From assembly GCA_965203515.1 (NCBI GenBank), contig OZ241907.1, forward strand, positions 3,488,001-3,552,000: DNA of 64,000 nucleotides. The letters run 5' to 3'. The notes beneath the pieces were generated by a model. The model did not search any database. It was not told the DNA's origin and saw nothing but the letters and a program-made list of their open reading frames with translations. This DNA is from Spirochaetia bacterium. GTDB taxonomy: Bacteria; Spirochaetota; Spirochaetia; SZUA-6; Bin103. The position numbers and the translations under genes were made by a program. Below are positions 1 to 9,448 of the stretch, piece after piece (position 1 is the first letter of the stretch; each line of letters opens with the position of its first letter).

Positions 1-55
1 GCGCCAGCGTAGCTTCGATGCCGTTCGATCATGCTATGCTTGCGTAGCACTACGC

Positions 56-1093
56 ATGACGCGCGACCTGCACCTGCACCAGCCGCATGACCGTCTGTTT
101 CGCAAGGTGTTCTCCGAGCCCGCCGAAGCGGCCGGCTTGCTGCGCGCCTACGTGCCGGCGTGGCTCGCCGATACGCTGGACTGGTCCAGCTTGTCGCTGA
201 TGAGCGACAGCTACGTGGACGACGACCTGCGGGCCAGCGAGTCCGACCTGCTGTACGCGGTCGAGCAGCGCCCAGACGCCGCGGAGCCGGGTGACGCGCG
301 GCGTTCGCTGCGGCTCTATCTGCTGTTCGAGCACCAATCGAGGCCGGACCGGTTAATGCGCTTTCGGCTGCTGAAGTACTGCTGCCGCATCTGGGATGAT
401 TTCCTGCGCCCTGCCGACGCGGAGGGGACCCCGGACTTGCCGCCGATCGTGCCGTTGGTGTTCTATCAGGGTGAGTCCCACTGGCGCCATACGACCGAGT
501 TTAGCGACTTGTTTGCGAAACCGGTCAGGCGGTGGCCCTGGACGCCGCAGTTCAAGCACCTGCTGGTGGACCAGTCGCAGATGGGGGTGGGAGCGGTACA
601 GGGCGAAACGCTGGGCCGGTTGGCGCAGCTTGCGCTGATGGCGGCTGCGCGCCGCGAGGTGAGGGCGGCGCTGGAGACGGCAGTGCGGCTCATGGGAGAG
701 TTGGACCGGGCGGGACAGAGCGAACGGTTCGCGGTGGTGGTGTTGTACGTGCTCCGCACGCAGGATGAGGAGACGTTGCGGGAGTTCGGCACGGCGCTGC
801 GGCGGGAAGTACGGGGACCAGGAGGGGATATGATGACGTATGGAGAGCGGTTGATCCAGGAGGGCCGGCAAGAAGGCATCCAGGAAGGCATCCAGGAAGG
901 CATCCAGGAAGGCGTGCTGAAAGGCCGGCAGGAAGGCCGGCAGGAAGGCCAGGTGGCCACCATCGAGAGTTTTCTGCGCGCCGGCGTCGAGTGGTCGACC
1001 ATCAAGCAGGCTACCGGCATCGACCCGGAGGCGTTCGAGTTGCTCCGCCGACAGACCCGCGCGTCGTCAGAGAGGTTCTCTGAAGATGCCTGA
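56..1093 (+). CDS. Rpn family recombination-promoting nuclease / putative transposase (YhgA/Transposase_31-like, PD-(D/E)xK)
   Basis: PHDRLFRKVFS N-terminus, SDLLY, YLLFEHQS, PIVPLVFYQG and C-terminal (Q/K)EG repeats are typical of Rpn proteins. Confidence 0.92.
   Translation: MTRDLHLHQPHDRLFRKVFSEPAEAAGLLRAYVPAWLADTLDWSSLSLMSDSYVDDDLRASESDLLYAVEQRPDAAEPGDARRSLRLYLLFEHQSRPDRLMRFRLLKYCCRIWDDFLRPADAEGTPDLPPIVPLVFYQGESHWRHTTEFSDLFAKPVRRWPWTPQFKHLLVDQSQMGVGAVQGETLGRLAQLALMAAARREVRAALETAVRLMGELDRAGQSERFAVVVLYVLRTQDEETLREFGTALRREVRGPGGDMMTYGERLIQEGRQEGIQEGIQEGIQEGVLKGRQEGRQEGQVATIESFLRAGVEWSTIKQATGIDPEAFELLRRQTRASSERFSEDA
833..1093 (+). CDS. Putative internally initiated short Rpn isoform (RpnS-like antitoxin), 86 aa
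   Basis: AGGAGG at 820-825, then in-frame ATGs at 830 and 833; the product starts MTYGERL, like the MTIAERL start of E. coli RpnS proteins. Confidence 0.6.
   Translation: MTYGERLIQEGRQEGIQEGIQEGIQEGVLKGRQEGRQEGQVATIESFLRAGVEWSTIKQATGIDPEAFELLRRQTRASSERFSEDA
857..952 (+). repeat. 12-bp coding tandem repeats (CAGGAAGGCATC; QEGI/QEGR)
   Basis: Near-perfect units at 869-913 with degenerate units on both sides. Confidence 0.9.
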
Positions 1094-3260
1094 TCGACCG
1101 CGGGTTCGTCGAGCGAGCGCGTTGCGCGCCGCGCTGTCCGGCGCGCTGCTGCTGGCGGCGCACGTGCCGGCCGCAGCGCAGGACGCCGCCGGCGATGCCG
1201 GCGATCACTGGTTCGCGCTCGACCACGTGCTCGACGTGGCCGTGGAGCTGCCGCCCGCTGACTGGGAGCGGCTGCGCGGCCAGACGCGCACCATGGCGGA
1301 CCTGTTCGGCGGCACCGAATGCCTTGCCCGGCCGTTCGCCCAGATATTTTCCTGGTTTTCGGCCGACGTCACGGTAGACGGCGTGCGCTACGGCGAGGTC
1401 GGCGTGCGCAAGAAGGGGTTTCTCGGCTCGCTCAGCTCTGAGAAACCGTCGCTCAAGCTCCGCTTCGACAAATACGTGGACGATCAGGCGCTCGGCGGCG
1501 CGCTGGAGCGCGTCACCTTGAACAACAGCGTGCAGGACCCGTCGATGCTCAACACCTGCCTGGCCTATCAGGTGTTCGCCGCGGCCGGGCTGCCGGCGCC
1601 GCGCTGCAACTATGCCAGCGTGACCGTAAACGGCGAGCGGATCGGCCTCTACGTGCAGGTCGAGGACGTCGAGGGGTCGCTCCTGGAACGGGCGTTCGCC
1701 GGCGCCGCCGGCACCCTGTACGAAGGAACGGTAAGCGACTTCCGGCCCGGGTTCCGCGGCACCTTCGAACGGAAGACCGCCGGCGACTGGTCAGCCGTCG
1801 ACGCGGTCACCGCCGCGCTGCAGGACCCCTCCCCGGCCGGCCGGGAGGCGCTGGCCGCGGCCGTCGACCTCGACCGGTTCCTCACCTTCTGGGCCGCGGA
1901 AGCGCTGGTCGGGCACTGGGACGGCTATGCCGGCAACCGCAACAACTTCTACGTCTACGGCGCGCCGGGCGGACCGCTCGCGTTCATCCCGTGGGGCGCG
2001 GATCAGACCTTCACCACCACCGACAGCCCGTTCGACGACTTCGTGTCGCCGCCGTCGGTGATGGCGCACGGCGCCATCGCCCACCGCCTGTACCGCGACG
2101 AGGCGGGGCGCGCGGCGTACGCGGCGCGCCTGCGAGAACTGCTCGACACGGTCTGGGACGAAGCGGAACTGCTGCGCCGCGGCGAGCGGATGGCGGCCAT
2201 CGTGCAGGCCCACGCGCTGCCCGAACGGCGCGCCGAGGCGGCCCGCGACGCCGACCGCGTGCGCCGCTTCGTCCGCGAGCGCCGGGCCGCGATCCTGGCC
2301 GACCTGGAACCGGAGCCGCCGGAGTGGCCGTGGCCGCCGGTGTCCGCGGACCTGTGCTGGGGGGCGCCAACCTCGTTCGAGCTGCGGTTCGAGACCGCCT
2401 GGGGAACCAAGGAGAGCGCCGATCCGTTCGCGGCCGGGACGGTGACCCGGTACCTGCTCGACGGAGCGGAGCAGCCGGTCGGGCCGGCGGGCGCCACCGC
2501 CGGCCTGGCGGGACCCGAAGAAGCGGCGCAGATGGGCGTCGAGCAGGCGGCGGTCGTCACCCTCATGCGGCTGGGAGCGGCCACCCTGGAGGGAATCACC
2601 GCCTGGCTGCCGCCGGATCGCGTCGCGGCCGGGGCGCGCGCGGTCATCGGCGAGCCGGGGGTGGGCGGCGTGAGCTGGTCGCTGCCGCTCGGCACGAGCG
2701 AGCCTGAGGACCTGAACCCGATCGCCAGCGGCTGGCTGGAGTTGGACGCGGCCGGCACGGCACCGGGAGCCGCCGTCACGGGCCGGTTCTCCGGCACGCT
2801 CTGGGGGCTGGCGGAAGCGGCGGCGGACGCCGGCGGCGTCGAGCGGGCGGACGCGCCGGGAGCCGCCGGGCTGGTCATCAACGAAGTCGCCGCGCGCGGC
2901 GAACCGCTCGACTGGTTCGAGCTCTACAACGCCGGGCCGGCGCCGCTGGCGCTGGCCGACTTCGTGCTGGCCGACGACCTGACCGACCGCGGCAAGCGCA
3001 CCCCCTTTCCGCCCGACCTGATCATCGAACCGGGCGCCTGGCTGCGGATCGAGTTGGACAGCGACGGCTGGCCCGGCTTTGCGCTGGGCCGGGACGAGGA
3101 GCTCGGCATCTGGACCGCGGACGGCCGCCTGGAGGCGCAGGTCGACTGGGAGGAGGGGCAGTCCGACGACGGCACCAGCTACGCCCGCGTGCCCGACGTC
3201 ACCGGCCCCTTCCGCACCGTGACCGACCCGACCCCGGGCGCTCCCAACGCGCCCCGGTAG
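1086..3260 (+). CDS. Secreted CotH kinase family protein with C-terminal lamin-tail-like domain
   Basis: Signal peptide (AAAQ), GVRKKG..KPSLKLRFDKY, LNNSVQDPS, HWDGY..NRNNFY, FIPWGAD; C-terminal LVINEV..DWFELYN..TPGAPN. Confidence 0.88.
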   Translation: MPDRPRVRRASALRAALSGALLLAAHVPAAAQDAAGDAGDHWFALDHVLDVAVELPPADWERLRGQTRTMADLFGGTECLARPFAQIFSWFSADVTVDGVRYGEVGVRKKGFLGSLSSEKPSLKLRFDKYVDDQALGGALERVTLNNSVQDPSMLNTCLAYQVFAAAGLPAPRCNYASVTVNGERIGLYVQVEDVEGSLLERAFAGAAGTLYEGTVSDFRPGFRGTFERKTAGDWSAVDAVTAALQDPSPAGREALAAAVDLDRFLTFWAAEALVGHWDGYAGNRNNFYVYGAPGGPLAFIPWGADQTFTTTDSPFDDFVSPPSVMAHGAIAHRLYRDEAGRAAYAARLRELLDTVWDEAELLRRGERMAAIVQAHALPERRAEAARDADRVRRFVRERRAAILADLEPEPPEWPWPPVSADLCWGAPTSFELRFETAWGTKESADPFAAGTVTRYLLDGAEQPVGPAGATAGLAGPEEAAQMGVEQAAVVTLMRLGAATLEGITAWLPPDRVAAGARAVIGEPGVGGVSWSLPLGTSEPEDLNPIASGWLELDAAGTAPGAAVTGRFSGTLWGLAEAAADAGGVERADAPGAAGLVINEVAARGEPLDWFELYNAGPAPLALADFVLADDLTDRGKRTPFPPDLIIEPGAWLRIELDSDGWPGFALGRDEELGIWTADGRLEAQVDWEEGQSDDGTSYARVPDVTGPFRTVTDPTPGAPNAPR

Positions 3261-3281
3261 ACGAGTTCGTAACCGCCGCCT

Positions 3282-4127
3282 TCAGTCCGAAACGTCGGAG
3301 CGGAACAGCCGCAGCTTCTCGGTGACCGCGGCGGCGACCGCGGCCCGAATCCGCTTGAAGGTGATCCGCGGATCGGCGCCGTCGTTGCCGTTCGCGTAAC
3401 ATCGAACAAGGGTTTCGTGGACGGCCCGGCGGATCCACGTATCGATATTGATCTTTGCCGCTCCGCAGCGAATCGCATGGCGCGTCATCTCGTCGGACAG
3501 ACTGGTGCCGCCGTGCACCACCAGCGGCACCGGCGACGCGCGCCCGATCCGTTCGATCAGGTCTCGATCGGGGGTGCCGGCGCCGACCCCGGCGCCGGGG
3601 GCGTTGCCGAACGAGCACGCCAGATAATCGATGCCGGTCTCGGTGACGAACCTTCGCACCGCCTCGGGATCGGTCTCGATCTGCGCGCCGGCGCCGGTCT
3701 CTTCATCCCGGGTCTCGCCGAGTTGCGCTTCCAGGCCGATACCGCGGGAACGGGTGACCTCGGCCACCGCGCGCACCCGAGCGACGTTCTCCGCGTACGG
3801 CAGCATCGACGTGTCGATCATCACCGAGTCGAATCCCGCGGCGATCGCCCGCCGCACCACGTCGAGGTCGCTGCCGTGATCGAGATGGAAGTAGAGCGGC
3901 ACGGCGGCGTGGATGCGCGCGGCTCGCATCAGACCGGCGACGTACTCCATGCCGGCGTAGCGCAGGGTGCCCATCGAGACCCCGACCAGACAGGGGAGCC
4001 GCGCTGCGTTGGCGGCGTCGACGATCCCCTGCAAGGTGTCCATGCCGCTCATGTTGAACTGGCCGACCGCCCAGCCTTCGCTCCTGGCCCGGTTGATCAG
4101 CTCGACCACCCTGATGCGCTCGCTCAT
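3282..4127 (-). CDS. Class II fructose/tagatose-bisphosphate aldolase family
   Basis: AVGQFN, FHLDHG, GFDSVMID, PLVVHGGT, KINIDT; ATG at 4127 overlaps the ROK stop. Confidence 0.88.
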   Translation of the reverse strand: MSERIRVVELINRARSEGWAVGQFNMSGMDTLQGIVDAANAARLPCLVGVSMGTLRYAGMEYVAGLMRAARIHAAVPLYFHLDHGSDLDVVRRAIAAGFDSVMIDTSMLPYAENVARVRAVAEVTRSRGIGLEAQLGETRDEETGAGAQIETDPEAVRRFVTETGIDYLACSFGNAPGAGVGAGTPDRDLIERIGRASPVPLVVHGGTSLSDEMTRHAIRCGAAKINIDTWIRRAVHETLVRCYANGNDGADPRITFKRIRAAVAAAVTEKLRLFRSDVSD

Positions 4128-5065
4128 CGACCTGCTCCTCCTCCGACCGGTACGAGATCGAACGCCTGCAGAGCGGCGCCGAGCAACGCCGTGTGCGGCA
4201 CGCGCGAAATGGCGATCTCCGCGACCCTGACCTGCGGGTGCAGCCGTTCCTGCACCTGTTGGCGGAGCCGGGCGGGGTCGGGCCACCGGTCGGAGACCGC
4301 CCCGCCGCCGATGACGACCGTGCCGCAGTCGACCAGCGTCAGCGCATGGCTCAAAGCCAGGGCCAGGGCGTCGCTCGCCGTCTCCACCACCTGCCGCGCC
4401 CACGGTTCGCCGCGCGCCGCGGCCGTGACGATGGCGGCCCCGTCACGGGGGCGGCGGTCGTCGTCGCGGCGCCGGGCCACCCGGGCCATGCCGCGTCCGG
4501 AGGCGTACTGGCACAGGCAGCCCTCACCGCCGCAGGCGCAGGCGGCCGCGTCGCCGTCGTGCGTCTTGAGATGGCCGAAGGTGCAGGCCGCGCCGCGTAC
4601 GCCGCGCCAGACTCGCCCTTCCAATACCAGCGCGTGGCCGATGCCGGTGCCGATGGTGACGTAGAGGAACGTGGCATGGCGGCGCCCGGCGCCCAACCGG
4701 AGCTCCGCGTGGGCGGCGGCGAAGGCGTCGGTCTCCAATACGACCGGGCACCGGAATCGGGCGTGCAGAGCGGTCCACAGCGGCTCGTCCCGCCAGCCGA
4801 CGTTGAGCGCTCGCTGCACGGTGCGCCGTTGGTCGTCCAGCAAGCCGGCGACCGATACCCCGACCGCCTCCACCGGCAGCGCCGCGGCGCTGCAATAGCG
4901 ACTCAGGAAGTCGAGCAGGCCGCCCGGCGGCAACGGCTGGCCGGCGGCGCGAACCGCCATCTCGACCGGCTCCGGCGGCGCCGCCCACAGAGCGCCATCC
5001 GGCCGATCCGGCAGCAACAGGGCGCGCGTGCGGGTGCCGCCGACGTCTACCGCCAGTACCGCCAT
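4124..5065 (-). CDS. ROK family sugar kinase
   Basis: LAVDVGGT, TIGTGIG, GH..CACGGEGCL zinc motif. Confidence 0.9.
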   Translation of the reverse strand: MAVLAVDVGGTRTRALLLPDRPDGALWAAPPEPVEMAVRAAGQPLPPGGLLDFLSRYCSAAALPVEAVGVSVAGLLDDQRRTVQRALNVGWRDEPLWTALHARFRCPVVLETDAFAAAHAELRLGAGRRHATFLYVTIGTGIGHALVLEGRVWRGVRGAACTFGHLKTHDGDAAACACGGEGCLCQYASGRGMARVARRRDDDRRPRDGAAIVTAAARGEPWARQVVETASDALALALSHALTLVDCGTVVIGGGAVSDRWPDPARLRQQVQERLHPQVRVAEIAISRVPHTALLGAALQAFDLVPVGGGAGR

Positions 5066-5081
5066 CGCCGCGTCCTGAAGG

Positions 5082-5924
5082 TCAGCCTTCGCGCAGCCCG
5101 GTCAGGGCCACGCCGCGCACGAAGTTGCGCTGCAACAGGATGAACATCAGCACCAGCGGCAGGGCGCCGAATACCGCCACCGCCATCACCTGATTGTAGT
5201 TGACGTTGAGCTGGTTCTCGAACAGCGCCATGCCGAGCGGCAGCGTGCGCAGCGAGTCGCGGGAGACTACCAGCAGGGGCCACAGGTAGTTGTTCCAGTT
5301 CCAGACGAAGGTGAAGATCGCGACCGCGGCCAGCGCCGGCTGACTCAGCGGCCGGATTATCGTGGCAAGGATGCGGAGCTCGGATGCTCCCTCGCTGCGG
5401 GCGCTGTCCACGAAGTCCTGCGGGATGCCCAGGATGTACTGGCGCATAATGAAGATGCCGATCGGCGACAGCGCGGTCGGCAGCGTCAAGCCGAGGTAGG
5501 TGTTGAGCCAGCGCCAGCGGTGCACCTGCAGGTAGAGCGGCAGGGCGATCGCCTCGAACGGTATCACGATGGCGGCGAGCACCAGCACGAACAGCAGATT
5601 CCGTCCCGGGTAGTGAAAGCGTGCGAAGCTGTACCCGGCCGCTGCGCTGAGCAGGACGGTGATGGCGACGCTGGCCGACGATACGCCGATGGAGTTGACC
5701 GCGTAGCGCCCGAACGGCCGGGACGACAGCGCTTCGCCATAGTTGCTCCAGCGCAGCGCATCCGGCAGCCAGCGGATCGGCAGGGTGAAGACCGCATCCG
5801 GCGCCTTGAACGACGTGCTCACCATCCACACCAGCGGCACCACGGTCACCGCGGCAGCGACGCCGAGCAGCGCCGTAATCGCTAGGCGCCGGACGACGCG
5901 GGACGCCGCAGGCGCCCTAGCCAT
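5082..5924 (-). CDS. Carbohydrate ABC transporter permease (MalG-like)
   Basis: Six TM segments, EAA-like loop DSARSEGAS, WNNYLWPL. Confidence 0.92.
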   Translation of the reverse strand: MARAPAASRVVRRLAITALLGVAAAVTVVPLVWMVSTSFKAPDAVFTLPIRWLPDALRWSNYGEALSSRPFGRYAVNSIGVSSASVAITVLLSAAAGYSFARFHYPGRNLLFVLVLAAIVIPFEAIALPLYLQVHRWRWLNTYLGLTLPTALSPIGIFIMRQYILGIPQDFVDSARSEGASELRILATIIRPLSQPALAAVAIFTFVWNWNNYLWPLLVVSRDSLRTLPLGMALFENQLNVNYNQVMAVAVFGALPLVLMFILLQRNFVRGVALTGLREG

Positions 5925-6792
5925 GCTCGGCGCCCCGCAGCGACCGAAACTGCAGCACGCTGAAGATCAGGATCATCGCCAGATAGAGGATGGAAACGGC
6001 CGCGGCCTCGCCGTACTCGCCGAAGTTGAACGCCGTCTTGTAGATCAGGAGCGTCATGATCTCGGTGGCGGTGCCGGGACCGCCGCCGGTCATGACGTGC
6101 TGCAGGGCGAACGTGCGAAAGCCGTTGATGATCGATATCACCATGACCAGCACGATCGTGGGGCGCATGTGCGGCAAGACGACCCACCGCAGGCGCTGCC
6201 ACGCGCCGGCGCCTTCGATCTGCGCCGCCTCTTCGTGGGCCGCGGGCACCGCTTGGCGTCCGGCCAGAAACAGAATCATGTAGTAGCTGGCCGCGTGCCA
6301 CCAACTGGTCATGATCAACGCCAGCGGCGCGTACGCGGACTTCGTGAGCCACGCGATCGGCTCGCCGGGGAGGATCGGAGCGAGCAAGGCGTTGACCACG
6401 CCCCGATAGTTGAAGAACAGCTTCCATACCAGCGCGACCGTCAGCAGCGGCACCACGGAAGGCAGAAACAACAGCGTCCGCCAGGCGCCGGCGCCTCGCC
6501 GCGCGTTGAACAACAGCGCGGCCAGCCCGAAGCTGAGCAGCCACACCGGGATCACGGTTCCGAACACGTAGACGACGCTCACCTGCAGCGAGTTGAGGAA
6601 CGCGCGGCTGCCGATCGCTCGAAGGTAGTTTTCGAACCACACGAAGGCCGGGTCCGGGCGCAGGTCGTAATCGGTGAGACTGAAGTAGAACGCGCGCGCC
6701 ATCGGATAGAGGCTGAATACGGCGAGCAGCGCGATGGCGGGCATGGCGAACAGCAGACCCCACGCGGCCTGCCGCTGAGGTGCGCTCAGCAT
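5917..6792 (-). CDS. Carbohydrate ABC transporter permease (MalF-like)
   Basis: EEAAQIEGA loop, MTGGGPG..T motif. Confidence 0.92.
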   Translation of the reverse strand: MLSAPQRQAAWGLLFAMPAIALLAVFSLYPMARAFYFSLTDYDLRPDPAFVWFENYLRAIGSRAFLNSLQVSVVYVFGTVIPVWLLSFGLAALLFNARRGAGAWRTLLFLPSVVPLLTVALVWKLFFNYRGVVNALLAPILPGEPIAWLTKSAYAPLALIMTSWWHAASYYMILFLAGRQAVPAAHEEAAQIEGAGAWQRLRWVVLPHMRPTIVLVMVISIINGFRTFALQHVMTGGGPGTATEIMTLLIYKTAFNFGEYGEAAAVSILYLAMILIFSVLQFRSLRGAEHG

Positions 6793-6941
6793 CGATCGGG
6801 GAACTCGGGTTCCGAAGAGCGGTCCGAGGGGTCCTTCATCCTGCGGCGGCGCGCACGCTCAAGAATGCCGCCGACGACGGGGGAACGGCGCGGAGAGCGG
6901 CGGACCGATGATCCGATACTCTGCGCGCCGTCCCGATCGAT

Positions 6942-8255
6942 CTACTCGTTGCGAAGCCGACGCATTTCGGCGGCCGCCCTGCTCAGGGCGCCGGCGACGT
7001 CGCCGCTCTCCGCAAACTCCTCGACCGCGTTCTTGAGCAACTCGCCTTCCTGCGCCCAGGTCGGACTGCGCCAGACGAAGCTGCCGGTGGCATAGCTCTG
7101 CTCGTACACTTCCACCCCGCGCAACGCATTGCGCACCTGCGGCAGTTGGAACATGCCGCGCCGTCCGTTGATGTAGCCGGCCACCTCGTACATCTCGCCC
7201 GGTGTGGAAAGCAGGGCATCGAGGAAGTCCCATGATTCGCTTGCGGCGTCGGAGTCGGCGCTCACCGCCAGCGCGTACGTGTGGATGAAGGTCTGCGGAT
7301 CGTCGGGATCGCGCTGCGGGATCGGCGCCACGACGAAGTTGTCGAACACGTTGGGGGAATTCTCGCGCCACGCCGCCGGCGCCCAGGGGCCGCCCATGAC
7401 GACCGCCTGACGCTCTTCCATGAAATCCTGGAACGCATAGACCGGACTGGCGGTAGCGATGTCGGGGCCGCCGCGCCCCTCGCGGATCAGCCGGTACCAG
7501 GTCTCTTCGAACGCCCGCACGCAGGCCGGCGAATCGACCGCGACCCGGTTGGCATCGTCGATGATCCGACAGCCGTACTGGGTGGTGACGTTCCAGAACT
7601 GCTGGGCGTACCAGAACGAGTCGAGCCCCCACACCCAGTTGAAGCCGATCCGTTCGATGGCGCCGTCCGCACCGCGCCGCTCTACCGAACTCAGCAGGTC
7701 GAAGAACCGATCCCAGGTCACCGCGCGCTCCTGCCATTGCGCGGACAACGCCGCTGCGTCCAGGCCGGCTTCCGCGAACATCTCCCGGTTGAGAAACAAC
7801 ACGAAGGTGTTGAACTCGGCCGGTACCCCGTAGACCTGTCCGTCGAATACCATGCCCTCCAATGCCGGGTGCACGAACAGATCGACGACGTCCTGTTGCG
7901 TGCTCACGCCGAATGCGCCCGGATCGACCGGCGCCAACCAGCCCTTCTCATGGAACTCCGGAAACAGATAGTCGAGCACGTTGAGGATATCCGGCGGATC
8001 GCCTGCCGCTATCGCCGCGCGCAGCCGCACCTCGTAGTCGCCGTGCGGATATTCGATGATGTCGATCTGCAGGCCGGGATGGTCCTCCAGATACGTGGCC
8101 GCCTGTTCGCGCATCCAGTCGGTGGCGACCGTATAGGTGTGATGCCAGAACGTGATCGTCTTTTCGCCGGCTTGCTCGACTTCACCTTCCGCGAACGCGA
8201 TTGCTCCCGTGAGCAGGCCGGCGACGACCGCCGGCAGCACGAAGCGCTTTCTCAT
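6942..8255 (-). CDS. Sugar ABC transporter substrate-binding protein
   Basis: AAGGAGG RBS before ATG 8255, signal peptide, ITFWH, AGDPPDI, GQVYGVP, GGPW. Confidence 0.9.
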   Translation of the reverse strand: MRKRFVLPAVVAGLLTGAIAFAEGEVEQAGEKTITFWHHTYTVATDWMREQAATYLEDHPGLQIDIIEYPHGDYEVRLRAAIAAGDPPDILNVLDYLFPEFHEKGWLAPVDPGAFGVSTQQDVVDLFVHPALEGMVFDGQVYGVPAEFNTFVLFLNREMFAEAGLDAAALSAQWQERAVTWDRFFDLLSSVERRGADGAIERIGFNWVWGLDSFWYAQQFWNVTTQYGCRIIDDANRVAVDSPACVRAFEETWYRLIREGRGGPDIATASPVYAFQDFMEERQAVVMGGPWAPAAWRENSPNVFDNFVVAPIPQRDPDDPQTFIHTYALAVSADSDAASESWDFLDALLSTPGEMYEVAGYINGRRGMFQLPQVRNALRGVEVYEQSYATGSFVWRSPTWAQEGELLKNAVEEFAESGDVAGALSRAAAEMRRLRNE

Positions 8256-8356
8256 TACTCGAACCTCCTTGAGGTGAGATCGTGGCCTCCGGCGGAGCTG
8301 GACTCCGATCACGGGGCAGGAAGCACCATAGCACGGGCTCCCGGCCCGATCAAAGC

Positions 8357-9448
8357 TCATGAGAGGCGGGGGAGCGCCACGCGCCGCTCGTCGACGTCGG
8401 CGACGCTGGCGCAGCCGCATATCGCCATCGCCGTGTCGAACTCGGAGAGGAGTATCCGGAACATGGTGCGCACGCCGGCCTCGCCGTCGATCGCCAGCCC
8501 CCAGAAGATCGGCCGGCCCACCATCACCGCGCGGGCGCCGAGCGCCAGCGCCTTGAACACGTCGGCGCCGCGGCGCACGCCGGAGTCGAGGTAGACCTCG
8601 ACGCGGTCGCCGACCGCGGCGGCGATCTCCGGCAGCGCCTCGATCGACGCCTGCATGCCGTCGAAGGTGCGCCCGCCGTGGTTGGAGACGACCACCGCGT
8701 CGGCGCCGTGGTCGACGGCGCACGCCGCATCCTCGGCGGTCATCACCTCCTTGACGATCAGCGGCAGCCCGGTGAGGCCCTTGAGCCACTCCAGCCGCTT
8801 CCCGGTCAACGGCGGGTAGGAGACGTCGTTCACCCGTTCCATCAGGTCGTGCAGGTCGGGCCGGTCGGCCAGGTCCGCCCACTTGCCCACGTAGTTGCGG
8901 ATCGGCGCGTCGTGGCTGGGGGAGAAGCCGCGCACCGGCTCGCGCCGGGCGGCGCCCATGCCGGGACCGGCGATGGTGATGCAGACCGCCTGCACGCCGG
9001 CCTCCAGGGCGCGCCCCAGCAGGTACTCGGTCACCTCGTCCGGGTAGTGCTTGATGCCGTACCAGAGCGGGCCGGTGGTCGCCGCCCGCACCTCGGCGAC
9101 CGTCTTGCCGGCGCCGGCGCGCACCGTCATCACCGTCCCGCAGGCGCCGGCGGCGCGCGCGGTGGCCACGTCGCCGTCGGGGTGCGCCCACACCTGCGTG
9201 CCGGCCGGCGGCACCATGACGGGGAAGGATATGCGGTGGCCGAGCACGGTCGTCGACAGGTCGCGCTCGGTAACGTCGGCCAGGAAGCGGGGGCGGACGG
9301 CGATCGCGTCGAACGCCTCCCGATTGCGCCGCACGGTGATCTCGTCGCCCGCGCCGCCGGCGACGACGTGCCAGTAGTCGGTCGCCAGCCGCTGCCGGGC
9401 CAGCCGCTCCAGGTCGAACAGGGTGAGCGGGTGGTAGAAGCGCTTCAT
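8357..9448 (-). CDS. FMN-dependent alpha-hydroxy acid oxidase/dehydrogenase
   Basis: GGAGDEIT, SNHGGR, DSGVRRGADVFKALALGA. Confidence 0.93.
   Translation of the reverse strand: MKRFYHPLTLFDLERLARQRLATDYWHVVAGGAGDEITVRRNREAFDAIAVRPRFLADVTERDLSTTVLGHRISFPVMVPPAGTQVWAHPDGDVATARAAGACGTVMTVRAGAGKTVAEVRAATTGPLWYGIKHYPDEVTEYLLGRALEAGVQAVCITIAGPGMGAARREPVRGFSPSHDAPIRNYVGKWADLADRPDLHDLMERVNDVSYPPLTGKRLEWLKGLTGLPLIVKEVMTAEDAACAVDHGADAVVVSNHGGRTFDGMQASIEALPEIAAAVGDRVEVYLDSGVRRGADVFKALALGARAVMVGRPIFWGLAIDGEAGVRTMFRILLSEFDTAMAICGCASVADVDERRVALPRLS

Noticed and set aside
56..1093. IS element around the Rpn 'transposase'
   Set aside because: No terminal inverted repeats or target duplication are visible, and the stop overlaps the next gene's start.
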